Source of the DNA: Iphione sp. A-MEVVRFRX5
Taxonomy: Eukaryota
DNA: 64,000 nt
NCBI GenBank assembly: GCA_976226885.1
Contig: OZ320313.1
Location: 70,804,001-70,868,000, forward strand
Direction of reading: 5' to 3'
Shown: positions 50,601-63,752 of the stretch, one piece after another
Position numbering within the stretch: position 1 is the first letter of the stretch
Layout: the number at the start of each line of letters is the position of its first letter
Translations under genes and position numbers: made by a program
The notes under the pieces: model-generated
What the model saw: only the letters and a program-made list of their open reading frames with translations
Database searches by the model: none
What the model was told of the DNA's origin: nothing

Positions 50601-53600
50601 TGTCCTCTCCACTTGTCCCACGCGTCTTTGAAACGATGGCTCTACTCCTCAGTAATCCCTCTCCAGGCACCCCCTGCCAGCTTAAGGAACCTGGAGACCC
50701 ATCACCTTGGTACATGTTATGGTCACAAGGGCGCACGAATTCATTCATCATACAGAACCTTCTTCCTTTTCTCTATACCCAAGGGTCAGGTTACGGGGCG
50801 GGCTCGTGCTCTGTGGCCGCTTGCATTCCGAATACGGGATGGTGTATTGAAAGCGGAGTCCATTTGAACGTGCCACAGCCGTTATTCGGGTATTGAGGGT
50901 TCTAGCAATGTGAATCACAAAGGCTAAATCCTTCCGGGTTTGATCAGCAGCAGGTGATATGGCCAGCGGGTTCAGGGTAAGTGATTGCCCTTTTATGGAT
51001 GAAAACATTGCAAAGATGCAAACTTATCAAGACTGTTTAACCATGAAAACGAAATTGCATGACAGAAGCAGATCGAACGGTGGTCTCAGGAGAAACTATT
51101 CAACGAAAAACTTAATGAAGAGAAACATTTTACTTTGTGACCCAAATTGCCTGGCGAGGAATGTTCGCTCTCTTCCTTTGGCAAAGTGTGCACAGAATGG
51201 AAAACAAAAAGGGAATAATATAGAAAAAATATATTTACTGTGCAACTTGGTAATCAGAGAATACAAAAAAACGGCCCACTATCAATGTGTTACTGCGTAT
51301 GCGAACTTAAAGCTACGCGCTGTCTTTTTGTGCGATAATCGTCGACCGGAAATACATCACCTGATGACATCCGGTCCGATGGATGGCGTCGCTTTGCATT
51401 TTCTAACGCTGCGAATGCATCACGGAGCCGGCCGGGCCATGCCGCTTCCGCCGTCTCGGTCGGCGATCATCACGTTAAGCTCCCACTACCGCCGTGTCAC
51501 TTCACCCGATGTGATTTTGATGGGCCCTAATTGACAGCGAGTCAGCCAGGCGGTTGGCAAAGGCGATATTTTGTTTACCTTTATAGAACGGACGGTTCCA
51601 ATCCATCTAATTGTTGAGGTGAGTGAGTCTCAAAATGCTGAGAAAAATATGGACAAAATAAAAAGTAAACGGGAAATAATGGTTTGTCATCGGGACTTGG
51701 TTTAATACTTGAAAGCGATCATTAGCGATATTCTCTTTTCATTGGGAAAACTGTGCTGAAGGGATCTGTTTGTAGAGGTGTATGTAAGCTGAGCTTTAAG
51801 AGAAATATTGTTGTAGTGAGAAGGTATAGAGAAATCATGAGTGTTTATTATGTGTCCTTTCATTTATTTTACAATAAGTGGTGTTCCAGCGTCCTAACAC
51901 TTAAGATAAAAATGATAAGCGATACCAGGTCTCTGGGTATACATGAAGGCCTATATATAGTTACCTCTTCTGATAACCAGCATACAGCTGTTTGTTTTTC
52001 AGTAATAATAACTAGACTTTCCCATCATATGCAAAAGAAGTTTCCATCTTTCAAAACATGCCAGTGCACTGTATGATTTACCTAGCCTACGCAAGGGTTG
52101 GTGATGGGCCTCTGAACGCCGTCTATTTACGGGAAAAGAATAGCTGGATCTGGGATCAGATGTTCTATCCAATACAAATGGCTTGTCTGTCTCACTTGGA
52201 GCATGTGCAACATGTTCTGCCATTACAAAGAGTATACAAAGGACGTCTATGATAGTCATATATATTTATTCTTTTGCTTTCTCATTTCTATATACATGTA
52301 CTGTATGCTGTGCTGCGTGTGGTTTACCAAGGAATCATGATGTAACTCTTACCTACATAACCCACGCTACCGGTAGTACAACATGAGCAGGAATGATCGA
52401 GCACTCGTATTCATTTACATATAGTCCCAGTAGCGCCACGTACTCGCTAATGTAAGTGGTGATGGAGACGCTTTTGTAACATCACTTCTTCAAAGTCCAT
52501 CTCAATGATGACATGCAACCTTGAGGGTTGTATCTTCAGCGCAAAAGGCAGGCCCGTTCTGCCGGCCGTCAGAAATAAAATATAGTTGCTTTCTCTGGTG
52601 ACTTAACCACTTACGCATGACAGAGTAAGAGACACGATTCCATGTTTCCTTGCTCTGTAACGGATGGTGCATGAACATATTCTGTTATGGTGCCCTACTC
52701 CAAGCTAACCCAGTGGACCACTTTGTCGACAGTGTGCTTGACACCCAAGAGTCTATTTCTTTGGAAGGGTCCGCAAAACAGTCTGAAAAAATAATCATGG
52801 CAGGATTTCGTGCATTTGTATCTTTAGACTAAAACCAATTATAGTTATGGCTTATGAAAACAGCTGGTGAATCGAAGGCACGTGCATTTATAGCCCTTTC
52901 AAAGGAAATGTGAACGCGAGATTGTTCTGTCAACGAAGAACGCCTGGCCACGGAAAGCCAATTAAACACAAAACGAAAAATCTCCAGCAAAAAAAACCCC
53001 TGGAATATTAAGCCGATTTGAGAACACGTTCTTCGCTTCGAAAGGCTAAAGTCTCAGGTGGATAAACACCGGGGGGGGGGATTTGCATGCGACTTCAGTA
53101 AAATGTATTGATACGCCGATTCTAAAACCACTGGTGTCGGGACTCTACACACAATTCTATGCCATTTGAAAAAAGGTATTTCCCCCGAAGAATTCATATT
53201 GCGGAAAACATCTGAGAGGGCAATTTGAAAGACCACTTTACACAATGAACGCGGAAACTGTTGCCGATGCCAGTAAATCTATAATGACAGTGTGATTTAA
53301 CGCGTGGTTCAGGTGAAGGTCAAACCCAACACCCACCAAAGTTACATGTCCCAGGAGGGTGTCGGGTCTAGCGCAGAGAAACATGCGCTGAATGTCGATC
53401 TTGCTGCAAGTCGCGTGCCTGCGATTTAATCGCTTGATCACCGAATCGCGCCATTTTATGAGGGTCAAGCCAGAACGCCAGAGCAGAGGGTGGGCCGTGG
53501 GCCAAGAACAACAAACTGTCGCCCCACTCGGTGAAGTCAGGTGCGACCCCATCGCATCGATGGTCGCACATGGGCCTTCAGCTGGACTTAATCTTGGAGC

Positions 53601-54636
53601 CGTAACTATGTGTGCCTATGTGCTGCAATCATCCAAGGAGAATGCGGGGCTGTTTCCAGATTAAAATATCAGAAGAATAAAGCAGGATTATTAGCTATTT
53701 ACTGAAAAGGCAAAGTGGTCACAGGTGCAAACAATGCAAAGTTTGAACACTTTACGCACGGTCCTATATCTATATCATATACATTATATATGTATGTGTG
53801 TGGATCCACGAGAATTCTGTGCGGCGTGCGAACGTCTGACAAAATGCGAGGTTCCTTCTTTTGCAAGTCGTTTGAATGCAACAGCGCGATCGTTTCGTGT
53901 CAATGCGAGTCGGTCCGTTTGGCAGGATCTTAGACTGCATACAATGTTTCCATTACACTGTTATGAATGATCTAAATCGTCTCATGTCAATGGACTCATA
54001 ATCGAAATAAATACATGAAGCACACATGTCTACACGTCCCTAGCAGGACAATTAAAGTACATCTTTGGCCGAGGTAATTTCTCGCTAATCTTCTGTTTGC
54101 GTCATGTTAAATTTCAGTGAGGTTTTATCTGTGGGGAGAACGCTTTCCTACCGATGCAGCTGAACATGTGTGACTGCGTTTTATGGCCTCATTATCATGA
54201 ACGGTTGATCCCGGTCCAAGACAGGTGGCCGCCAAACATCGCTTAGGCGCAGCCAAAAGATCGTCCACGTGCTCGGATCATTCCTTCAACTCTTTCTTTG
54301 CCGGAAGCTGCGGAACCGGTGATAAATCTCTGAACAACGACGGTGATGAAACATTCATAACCCGAGCCCTTGCAAACATTGGCTTCGTTCCAATTGCCGC
54401 TAGGGAGAAGACGGGCAGGAGCGAGCAGCTCGACAAATGAGGGTCCGTATACCAAGTGTCCCTGCATTAAATAGTACTGTACTGTTGTCATAGGGAGCCA
54501 TAGACATCTATCGCCGATCCTCCGGGGAGGGAGTAGAAGAGCCTGGGCTCAGTGTTTGCCATTTTACCGGATTTGATTTTAGGGAATTCGGGGGAAAGGT
54601 AATGTCATAACATATTCAGAGAAGGCGCGCGGGGGA

Positions 54637-54658
54637 AGAGAGAGAGAGAGAGAGAGAG
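54637..54658. repeat. (AG)n microsatellite
   Basis: Direct reading. Confidence 0.95.
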
Positions 54659-54708
54659 GGAGTTTTGGTCATGAATTTTTATATTGCATGTATCAACTAC
54701 CGCCAATT

Positions 54709-55080
54709 GACCGTTCGCCTTTTTACGTCATCATGACGTAAAAGTACGTCATTTAGACTCGCGGTACAATTTACGTCATTTACATCGCGAGTTCGCGACA
54801 AAACTTTACAAGGCTGTATCTTCGTTGTCAGATAAGATAGAAAGATAATCTACACACCAACTTCTTCCTTAGATCCTTAGCTTTTATTTGATAATTTTAT
54901 CAAGATCTGACTACTAGAGGTTTGTGTTTGGGGGGTAGAAAGACACCCCCAATATTGATTTTTTAGCACCACCATGTGCCAGCTGTCGTAGTCAGACCTG
55001 TATCTGTCGTAGGCTGTCTACCAGTTGCACCGATTATTCTAGTTCATTTACGTCATGATGACGTAAAAAGGCGAACGGTC
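54709..55080. mobile_element. 372-bp non-autonomous TIR element with AATT flanks (superfamily uncertain; Sola1-like possible)
   Basis: Perfect 34-bp TIR GACCGTTCGCCTTTTTACGTCATCATGACGTAAA; AATT at 54705-54708 and 55081-55084. Confidence 0.88.
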
Positions 55081-58038
55081 AATTCCTAGACAATAGGTTT
55101 ATCTATATTCATATATGACTGCCACTGCAATGCCCTATCTACCTAACCGTATTATAAATTGTATTATTAAATCTTAAACCAAGGGGTGAGGCGGGAGATT
55201 GACCTAGGTGGGTGTTCAAGTCCATATGGCTATACAAAAATGTGTATCTGTCGCTAATTTTCCAACTCCTCTTTATATTCGTGCAGTTAATGACCGTAAT
55301 TCTTCTTACTGTTCATAGCTGCGGCGGATTTGAGGTGCGCTAGACCCTAAAAACACTAAATAATGACCCCTGTATTTATCATGCGATTGTTGGACTCCTT
55401 TTTAAGTCCTACTGCATTAAACAGAAATTGCTTTTAAATTTATGGACACAGAGTGATGCGGAGAAAGATGTGATCCTGAGCGAAAAAAGTAACATTTAGT
55501 CTGATTAGGTGTTATGACTGATGTTAAATGTTGAATGTATATGCATCGTATTTCGCAGATTTCATTTGGACAAACTGCTGTGACTTTTCGTGGGAGGATG
55601 AGATAAATGCTTTCGGGCTTTTTGGTAAACACATGCGCATCCCACAAGTACATATTACCTGATACATGAAAAACGTATCCGTTTATATGTCATACTACTC
55701 TTGTTCCTCTTAAGTAAAGGTCATCAATAAAATTCCTCCCGACCAGCCTAGTAGGTATGGTTGGATATTTGAAAAAAAAGGTTAGACAACAATCATGAAT
55801 TGAAGATTCATCCGGCTCAACGAAGTAACGCATGAAATTTAAATGTTAAAAGGCTAACACCAGTCAGTAAACGAAACATACTACTGCCGTCCGGATAAGA
55901 AGCCGGGTCTCTAGTGAGCAACTCTTTCTGCTGGGCAGTTATAGGCGCACCAAGTGACAGCCAATAATACTTAGACGATCTCTGCCGGCATCAACTTCCG
56001 ACCGCCTATTCCCTCGTGACATTGGCGACACAGAAGGGAATCTATAATTTACGTACCCCAATACTGCTGGAGCTGAAAATAACACCTAACCCTGGGTATG
56101 ACCTTGTGCAGTTAGTTTTGTAATGCCCATCGACTGTACGCATTCTCACACATGACACCTCTAGCAAGCATAGAGAGAGGCAACAATGCAAAATGGACCT
56201 TGAATTTATTCAAAGCGACTGCTCTCGTCCACGGCTATTCCGTGCAGTGACACGGTCAGTAGTGGATGATACAAAGAAAAACCGTGCTGAAGTACACTGA
56301 GAGAACAGGTAATAAATGAAATGAGATTTGTTTTTTTCACACGTCCTGTCCAAAACGCGTGCAGTATACGTGGATCGAATGATATAATAATTAAATTTTA
56401 CTGCCGTCGGCGCACTAAGGCAGAATAGTTGTAAGTGGCGGCCGTGCTGGTGCACTTGCCTGGGGCTGGAGCAAGGCGTCCCACGCCAGCATTCGGCCAA
56501 AGCGCAGCCCCTTCCACCAGGCAACAAGAAGCCCCCGGGGCTTATTTCGATCTATTGCTGCCTCATCAGCGCCGTATTTGACCTACAAATCAAGTCCATC
56601 CGTGCGCCTTTCAGACAGGCCTGTTATCTGGCCTAGGGACAGCTGTGGTGGCCCGCGGGAGGTAAAGAGAAATGAGAGGGAGGACTGGCATAAAGGGTAG
56701 GGTGAAGGAGGAGGTGATGTGGGGAGGCATCGGTCGAACGAGGACGAGGGCATGACATGCGAAAATACGTGAGAGAAGTCTAGTGTAGGACTGACTTGGA
56801 GGAAGACGCAGACAGAAAGGGAAAAAAAACGATCAGACAGAGGCAGGAGGGCGCGGGGGGGGGGCGCATGCAGGCACCGATGCAGATGTGGATGGTAAAG
56901 GATGGCTGCATGCCGTAGAGGCAGGTTTCTATGCGCATGTGTTCCGCTTTCGGTTCAGAATCGCATTCACAGTGTATTCGGACGTCCTCTTCTATGTGAG
57001 CTACGGCAGTTTGAAGTAGCACGAAAGCGACCTTACCGCGGGTTCCACCAGGCGGCAATCACAATGGAAACCCCCATTCACCGCTCCCCTCCCCGTACTT
57101 CTCCATACTAAACACTTGTAAAAACTACACAGCCAGTCTTTAGCACGGCCATGACGACCATTTCATAGGCAACTTTAGAAGATATTTGTATGTATGTTTA
57201 GAGGATGAAGGCAGGAAATATGACTGATGAGCACGGTAAAAGTGACTAAAGGAGACAAAATTGCATTTACCAATAGGCACAGACAGACATCCCTCCCACT
57301 CCGATCACTATTCCTACGGCCGCCTACAATCCCATCCCAACTATTGTTCCTGCTTTCCCCGGATGCGATCCTTTTGTTGTCCGCTGCATCGGTTAGCGCG
57401 GCGGGCGGGCGCACTGAAAAGGACAGCCATATTCGCTGAGAGAGATAGTTTTGGCTGGGACACAGGGCTAGGCTGATGGGTGGGTGAATGGGTCGGGTGG
57501 GTGGGCGGTTCAATAGCTGACTGAGTGGGTGGGTGTTTGGCGGATGGGTGGCCGTGTGGTCGGCAAGGGTTTCACGGCTAAGAAATGGCAGACAATGAAG
57601 GACGTTTTGGTGCGGCGAGAGAGGTTCAGACGTTCGTTCTGATATGACGCACGGCTTGAAGCAGGGAAGGGCTTTAACTCCATCACAGCTGAAGAGGTTT
57701 CGGTAATCCGGCACCGTTTCCCCTCCGTCTTATTTGGCTGCTTGCCCATCAGCTATGTGGATATCACCCGCTTGGCGAGAAGCAGCATAGAAAAGTCCAT
57801 ATATGAAGGTCAGCCAGAAGGTATCAATGTCGGCGTAGCGTAGAGCTGACCCCTCCTCTAACCTACCATCTACTATAATGCTTTACCGGTGCCGTATCAA
57901 TTACATCACAAGAATGTGTCAAAGGAGACTGATGAGAAAATTCACATGTACAAAGGACCGTCTGGCTCTTTACAACGAGGTGATTTCCCTTGTGTTACTA
58001 TAGTCTAACATCAGTTCTCTAGTGTCAATGTTTATAGC

Positions 58039-58044
58039 TTTATT
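58039..58044 (-). terminator. Candidate polyadenylation signal AATAAA for the TANGO6 transcript
   Basis: TTTATT on the + strand about 300 nt past the TANGO6 stop, where the GC-rich 3' region gives way to AT-rich sequence. Confidence 0.45.
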
Positions 58045-58337
58045 ATACTTCTTGGATTTAAAGGATCCTTGGCGGTGGCTCCAACGGCCCAAGTGGCCAT
58101 CGCCCGTGCCGGTCTGTTCTAGTATGTTACACACACACACACGAGGGAACCCAGCCGCCCGTCGGACGGCGGCTCGCCGGTGCGGGTTCAGCGGCGCCCA
58201 TCTGCGAGAGGGCCCCTTCCAATGGACGGGGTGGGATCAACACAGCCGGACGGTGATAGATGGGGCAGGACGCCGTCCCCGAGAGGCGCGCACCCGAGGG
58301 AGGCGGCCCCGACGTCGCTGGGGCGTCCTCGCCGGGA

Positions 58338-58520
58338 TCAGTTGGGGTCCAGCACCCTAATCCTTTTGGTGAGTTCCTGAGGTGGGAAGAGAGCGGCTCG
58401 CATGATGGTGTCCAGCTCGTCGAGCGCCAGCGTCACGTGCACGCGCACCATGTCTTCCTTCTCTACCAGCAGGACGTGTTTCAATAACCGGTACAAGTCC
58501 CTCAGTGTCGTCTCCAGCAC
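58338..58520 (-). CDS. TANGO6: Terminal coding exon of a TANGO6 (TMCO7) homologue
   Basis: Translation VLETTLRDLYRLLKHVLLVEKEDMVRVHVTLALDELDTIMRAALFPPQELTKRIRVLDPN* matches the vertebrate TANGO6 C-terminus as I recall it ([58 protein letters not shown]). Phase-0 acceptor (ttcatccgcag|GTG) at 58521-58522, GC3-rich codons, stop at the homologous position. Confidence 0.88.
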   Translation of the reverse strand: MLETTLRDLYRLLKHVLLVEKEDMVRVHVTLALDELDTIMRAALFPPQELTKRIRVLDPN

Positions 58521-61500
58521 CTGCGGATGAAGACCGGGAAACAGGTTCTCAATCAAAAAAAAGTCAGCACCGACAGCCAATGACGTATGATGTCAGAGAG
58601 GACAGATAAAGGAGGAAGGAATCACAAACAGAGAGTGGGGAGCTGTACACACAGTCAGATAGACAAACGAGACCTTCGGATGAGAGGGGTATACAATTTA
58701 TGTAAATGTACATGTTTACATGTACATGTACGTTCGTAAAATGTACATACAAACAGACAAGCGGCTGGGCAGAGGGACTGACAAAGCGAAACACAACATG
58801 AGGACATATGAATATGAATTAGAGGCATATTTCGATTACTGACTCAGTGAACACTTAGTGAACACTGTGATATCAAACTTAAATGAATGGATCGACTCGC
58901 GGAATGAAAAGATGGTGAATGACAAAACACTTTGAAGCGTAAACTCTGTTGCGATCGTCGCTGCGTTCGAAGTAAGGCCTCCTACGTAAAGAAATTATCC
59001 TCGATAAGCAATGGTGCATGAGATATAGCATGGCAGAATAAGGGGGAACGCGTCTTCTACTAGGAACCTTAACTAAGGATGGCCGCCAGTACAACGGACA
59101 ATGGATAAATTGGGAGTGAGATCGAAGATCTGAATGGTGAATAAATATTCATTTACAGCACCATACCATTAGCAAAAAGGCACTTAAAACATGAATAAAC
59201 ATATCCTTCCTCTACCATAATGCCATGAAACATGCTCATTTATGAATAGCTATCTCTGGCAATTTTAGGTGACGCCGATGCGATCATCACGACTACTTAT
59301 TCAACATTTTCCTTTGTATAAAAAAAAATCTCAATTATATGACCATCGACTTGCACAACCAGCTGCTAACGTATGGATCCGCGCATTTATGCTCCGTAAT
59401 TGGTGCGGGAGGCTTAGGCGAAAGAAAGCTTGGTCGGCAGGAGGGAAAACAAAAGAGTGGGTGGGCGGTTCCTCGGGGATCTATACATGCTCTGAACACA
59501 CGGCTCTCCGCCCGTATTCTCCGCCCCGGATCCCCCTCGTCATCGGAACTGATGCGTAATAACAAGAAATGCTCGTACCGAATGAAAGAAAGAGTGAGTA
59601 ACTGCTTAGTTCTTCAGTGGCCGTAACGATTTTCCCCTATAGATGTGCTGCTGGACAAATGCCATGATAAACGACTACCTGTTTAGAAGTACCTCCCCAT
59701 CTGAGAAAACGGAACGGAAAAATTAAATAAAGTGTCCCTTGGCATCAATATCGTGACCGTCACTCAATCGTCTCCGGGAAAGAACACATGGTTCGGTAAC
59801 GGTATTTATCAGATTTGTCGTAATGTTTGCACAGGAGAGGAGCCGGATGTCTAAAAGAAGCGTTGCATATATCGTACACGGCAAGGGGAAAAAGAATAAA
59901 AAACACAGAGAATCCAATTTCATGTAAAGGGTCTTTTGAGGTGTATGTACTGGAATCACCGGCTCCTAGAAACTATTTGCTCAAAGCCGTTCCGTAGTAA
60001 GGATTCAGTTCACCCGTCGCGCAACTGAGGGATGGGGCGGGATGGGTTGGGAGCTGGGGACTTGTGAGCAGGATGGGTGACGAGGAGGGTGCTCCGCAGG
60101 AGAGATAGGGATGCTGATCGTCTGGGGATTAAGGAAAATCTTGCTGATAGTAAGCAGATGCCAAAGAACTGCTCTATTAGTTCGATGGGAATATGAGCGG
60201 TGAAGGGGGACGGATCTGCTCCAGGGATTCGCGCCTCAGATCCGTTTCTGGGCAACTCACAGACAAGCGCTGAGGAAAATCGTTAGCAAATTGGCCATGA
60301 GCCTGCAGGACAGTCGAGTGGGCTGGCGCCGTGAGACTGCGTAATACGAAGGCCTAGCTCCGCAGGCCTCACTTGGATCTCTGAGAGGATCGGTCCCGAG
60401 CCGCTCTATTATAGATTACGTCACAGATAGGCTCAGGTCTGTTGTCGACGAATTCAAACTAGCAGCTCGTGATGTGTGTTCAGAGAAGAAGGGGGGGAGG
60501 GGGCAGAAATAGGCCAGGAGAAGCGATTCCCGGTATGATAGTAAGCTATAATCAGGTACTGTGCAAAAAAGAGACCCTTCCCTTTTTTCAGGCATTTTGA
60601 GAATTTTGGGAATAAAGTCAACAGCCCCGGGACATTGTTAGTGGGATATTCCTTCAGGTAAGAAGGAAGGCTGCATTAATGTGTACCCCGCAAAAGAGCA
60701 CAAAAATCGATTTGCACTCACAAAACGTGAGCTACATTCCTCGCAGCGGGAAGCTTGTAGGAAAACGTGTTGTCTTCTGTCAACTGTTATAGCGCTACTG
60801 CACCAAACGTTTGTCCCTCTTTCCATGCATCGAAATTTGTCTCCTGAAAAACTATGACAACTCCATTTGTTTAGACGGCGGCTGCAGTGCCACCGAGTCG
60901 TCATTACGTTTCAATGGTTTGCCTCTGTTTGCTGTTGCACTTGGGTTACCCACGCGTCGACCCAGGACCATCGCACTCGAGACGGTCCTCGTATTACGGT
61001 CGTATCAATTTGTTTATGGCTCATGTTGACTTGACAAAAAAAAATATGATACAATTAATCATAATTTTAATGCTAAATTCTCATTGAATATACGAAGGAA
61101 GAAAAGCAACTGCTCCTGGCCACAGAATCAATGTTCAATGGGGCAAGTTTTGCAGAACGTGATACATATCATCAGAAAGTCTTGTTCGCTCAGTATGTGG
61201 TATATTATAATGTACAAAAACGATCAATAATAAAAACGATCAATATCAGAATAAGTCCGAAAGTTAGATGAAGCTTATTGATACTTATTTGCCCGATTCT
61301 TATGAGGAGCTGATAGTATCCTCCAGCTGAACCACAACAATGCGACATGAGATAAACCGCGCCCCAGACCGACCGTTCACCTATAACCCACAGAACTGCC
61401 TTTGCACACGACATACATGTACATGTACACGTCAAAATGAAATACGTTTATGCACAGACTTTTTTTTATCTCTGTCAGCACGGGCAGCTGATGGAGATGG

Positions 61501-63712
61501 AAGCTTAGGAGATTCGGTATACCCTCTCTAAGCCCGGGTTAATGTCACTGGCAAAAGCCTGTCTACAATCTAACCGCACTGGTCAATAGAGAATGTCATT
61601 TCCACCTGTTCTAGGTCATGAATAGTCGAAGCCATGTTCTGGCCCCTCTCTCGCTCTGGAGCTGAAGATGCATGCGCTTGCGCGCACTCCGAATTTAGAA
61701 TCACTACACTATGAGTCTGGAGGTCAAGATCTCACCAGCATTAAATATACGATATCCCGACTCAGTCGGGAAACAGCTTTTCTCTACAACGTATTCGCAA
61801 CCGTTAAGCTGGTAGTGTGGACGACCTATTACTAACAGTGGTCTTGGCAGGTGTCCTCCAGTTTCTTGCAAATTCCCGTCGTTCCGAAGCTTAAGCTGAA
61901 GAGCTTCCTGACCTCCCCTCTCTGGCCTCTGAATTTCCCGTCCCCTTTACGACGCAACAGGCCTTTATTTAGAGGTAATATAAAGTATTAAATACCCATA
62001 AAATGCGATACAATCTTGATACGGAGAAATGGATTGCCTATCACGTACTCATTTGGAAACAATCATCTCCCGTTCCGTTACTGTGATATAATGGCACAGG
62101 AAGACATATTACCAATTTAGACAATCTCAGTTTAGACCCCACCCTCCAAATAAACCCGCAGACGGCTTCTAAAAGTCTTCATCGCGTATACATGTAAACG
62201 GTTCCGGTCGGATCACAATTAACCAGGAGAAAGCTCTCCACGTCTCCCACATTTTCAGTTGCCTGAATATGTTAAGTTCCGACGAAGGAGCTCGTATTTA
62301 AGAAGGATCACACGGTAAGTTAAATAATAAATGGTTAGGGCAATATTTTCGGTTGTCTACCGCCCAGGCCCTCAACATTTATTATCGCTGCCTGTGTGGA
62401 ATTTTTCATCCTAAACATCCCGGTCGGACTCTTACTATTGCTAGCCTCCACCGCCCTACACAAGGGCGTACTGACCTTGGTCGGGATCCAAAAGGGATGG
62501 GGACTCCCCCTACGTTCCTGCCAGGAGAGCAGCTCCCAGAGCAGCTCGACCATGCGGTTTCAGCCAGTGGCTTCTTGTGTGGTACAAAACACGCCTCATT
62601 GAAGCCACTTTCCGCTCATGAATACTTAAGGTTCAGGCGGGAGGAAAAAGCGGATGGTAGGGCTGGGAAAGGGGGTTGGGGGAAGAGGGCTTGGGGAGAC
62701 CAGGGGATAGAGAGGGCGCTTAGAACATAAAAAGAAAGCATTTGGGCCCCGGGGAGAAATATGCTTTGTAAACATCTGTTATGCAACAATGCCAGATGCG
62801 GAGGCTGTCCGCAACTCGATAGAAGTTCTTTACGAGGAATTTACAGAAAACGCATATTTAATGCGCTTTTGAGATTTTAGTCTTTTGAACTGTATAGCGC
62901 CGTAGCTCACGGTGAGACCGAGGCGATTGTTTGTGTTAATACTACCAGAGATTTCATTTTCACACTGCAGGTTTTAGATAAAAATGTGCGGCACCTTCCA
63001 TTCCAAAAGGTTTAAAGGCTTGGTAATTGTAGTCATTCTCGCAAACGTCACATTTCGAAGGCATGGTGCTCTATACTTGATCCAATAAATAGATACCTAA
63101 TCTTTGCATGAAGAGCACCGCACCGGACGCGATCAAATACAGCTTGCATCTACTGTGATTCATCTAGTACGCCATCGGAAGTGTTCCATTCCCACCTCCT
63201 GCCTATCTTCAGTTGTACGCGACTGTTATAAAACATACAGAGCGATGAAAATGACTGGAGAAAGAGAACGTATACAACGACATTACTTAAATACTTCAGT
63301 TATGTAATGAAAGCTCTGGTATTTATGACTAACGAGTTTCTTATCAAAGGTCATAACACAGAAACTTCCCCTGAGGTACAATCTGGAATTATTTAGCGCT
63401 TCCTTTTCACGGCTTTTGGGCCAGAGATACATGTAGATCTACCCATGTAAAGTTTACACATGTAGAAATTATCTTAGAAAGTTTTACATGTGAACATAGT
63501 GATAGTAATTGGGACGCAGAGAACAGTGGTTAAGAACCTCTGGTGTAAATAAAAGCATTCGCTTCTGTAAACCATAGTGAGAAACCCAAATCCTAAAGGC
63601 AGTTCAACACTTAAAGTCATACAGGAACACATGATGTATAAATCTCACTTACTGATTTGAACAACAGTACCCCCTACATTACACAAGGCAAAAATTCTGC
63701 AACTGCTATTTG

Positions 63713-63715
<3 letters not shown>

Positions 63716-63748
<33 letters not shown>
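63716..63748. repeat. (TA)n microsatellite
   Basis: Direct reading. Confidence 0.95.

Positions 63749-63752
<4 letters not shown>

Noticed and set aside
54270-54300. HVDDLL here (minus strand) and VDDLLL near 61818 (plus strand) as LTR-retrotransposon RT motifs
   Set aside because: Isolated short matches without the flanking RT motifs.
1-58000. Endogenous herpes-like or Polinton-like virus as the explanation for the GC-rich islands
   Set aside because: No polymerase, terminase, capsid, ATPase or integrase motif was recognised, so it is kept only as an untested alternative.
58022-58487. Plus-strand GC-rich ORFs over the TANGO6 exon and UTR
   Set aside because: Antisense or GC-driven open frames; the minus frame has the clear homology.
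60010-60255. ICLLSARFSLIPRRSASLSLL as the penultimate TANGO6 exon
   Set aside because: Only a vague CL..RRxA resemblance, no suitable phase-0 donor, and the frame runs into a Pro-rich stop.
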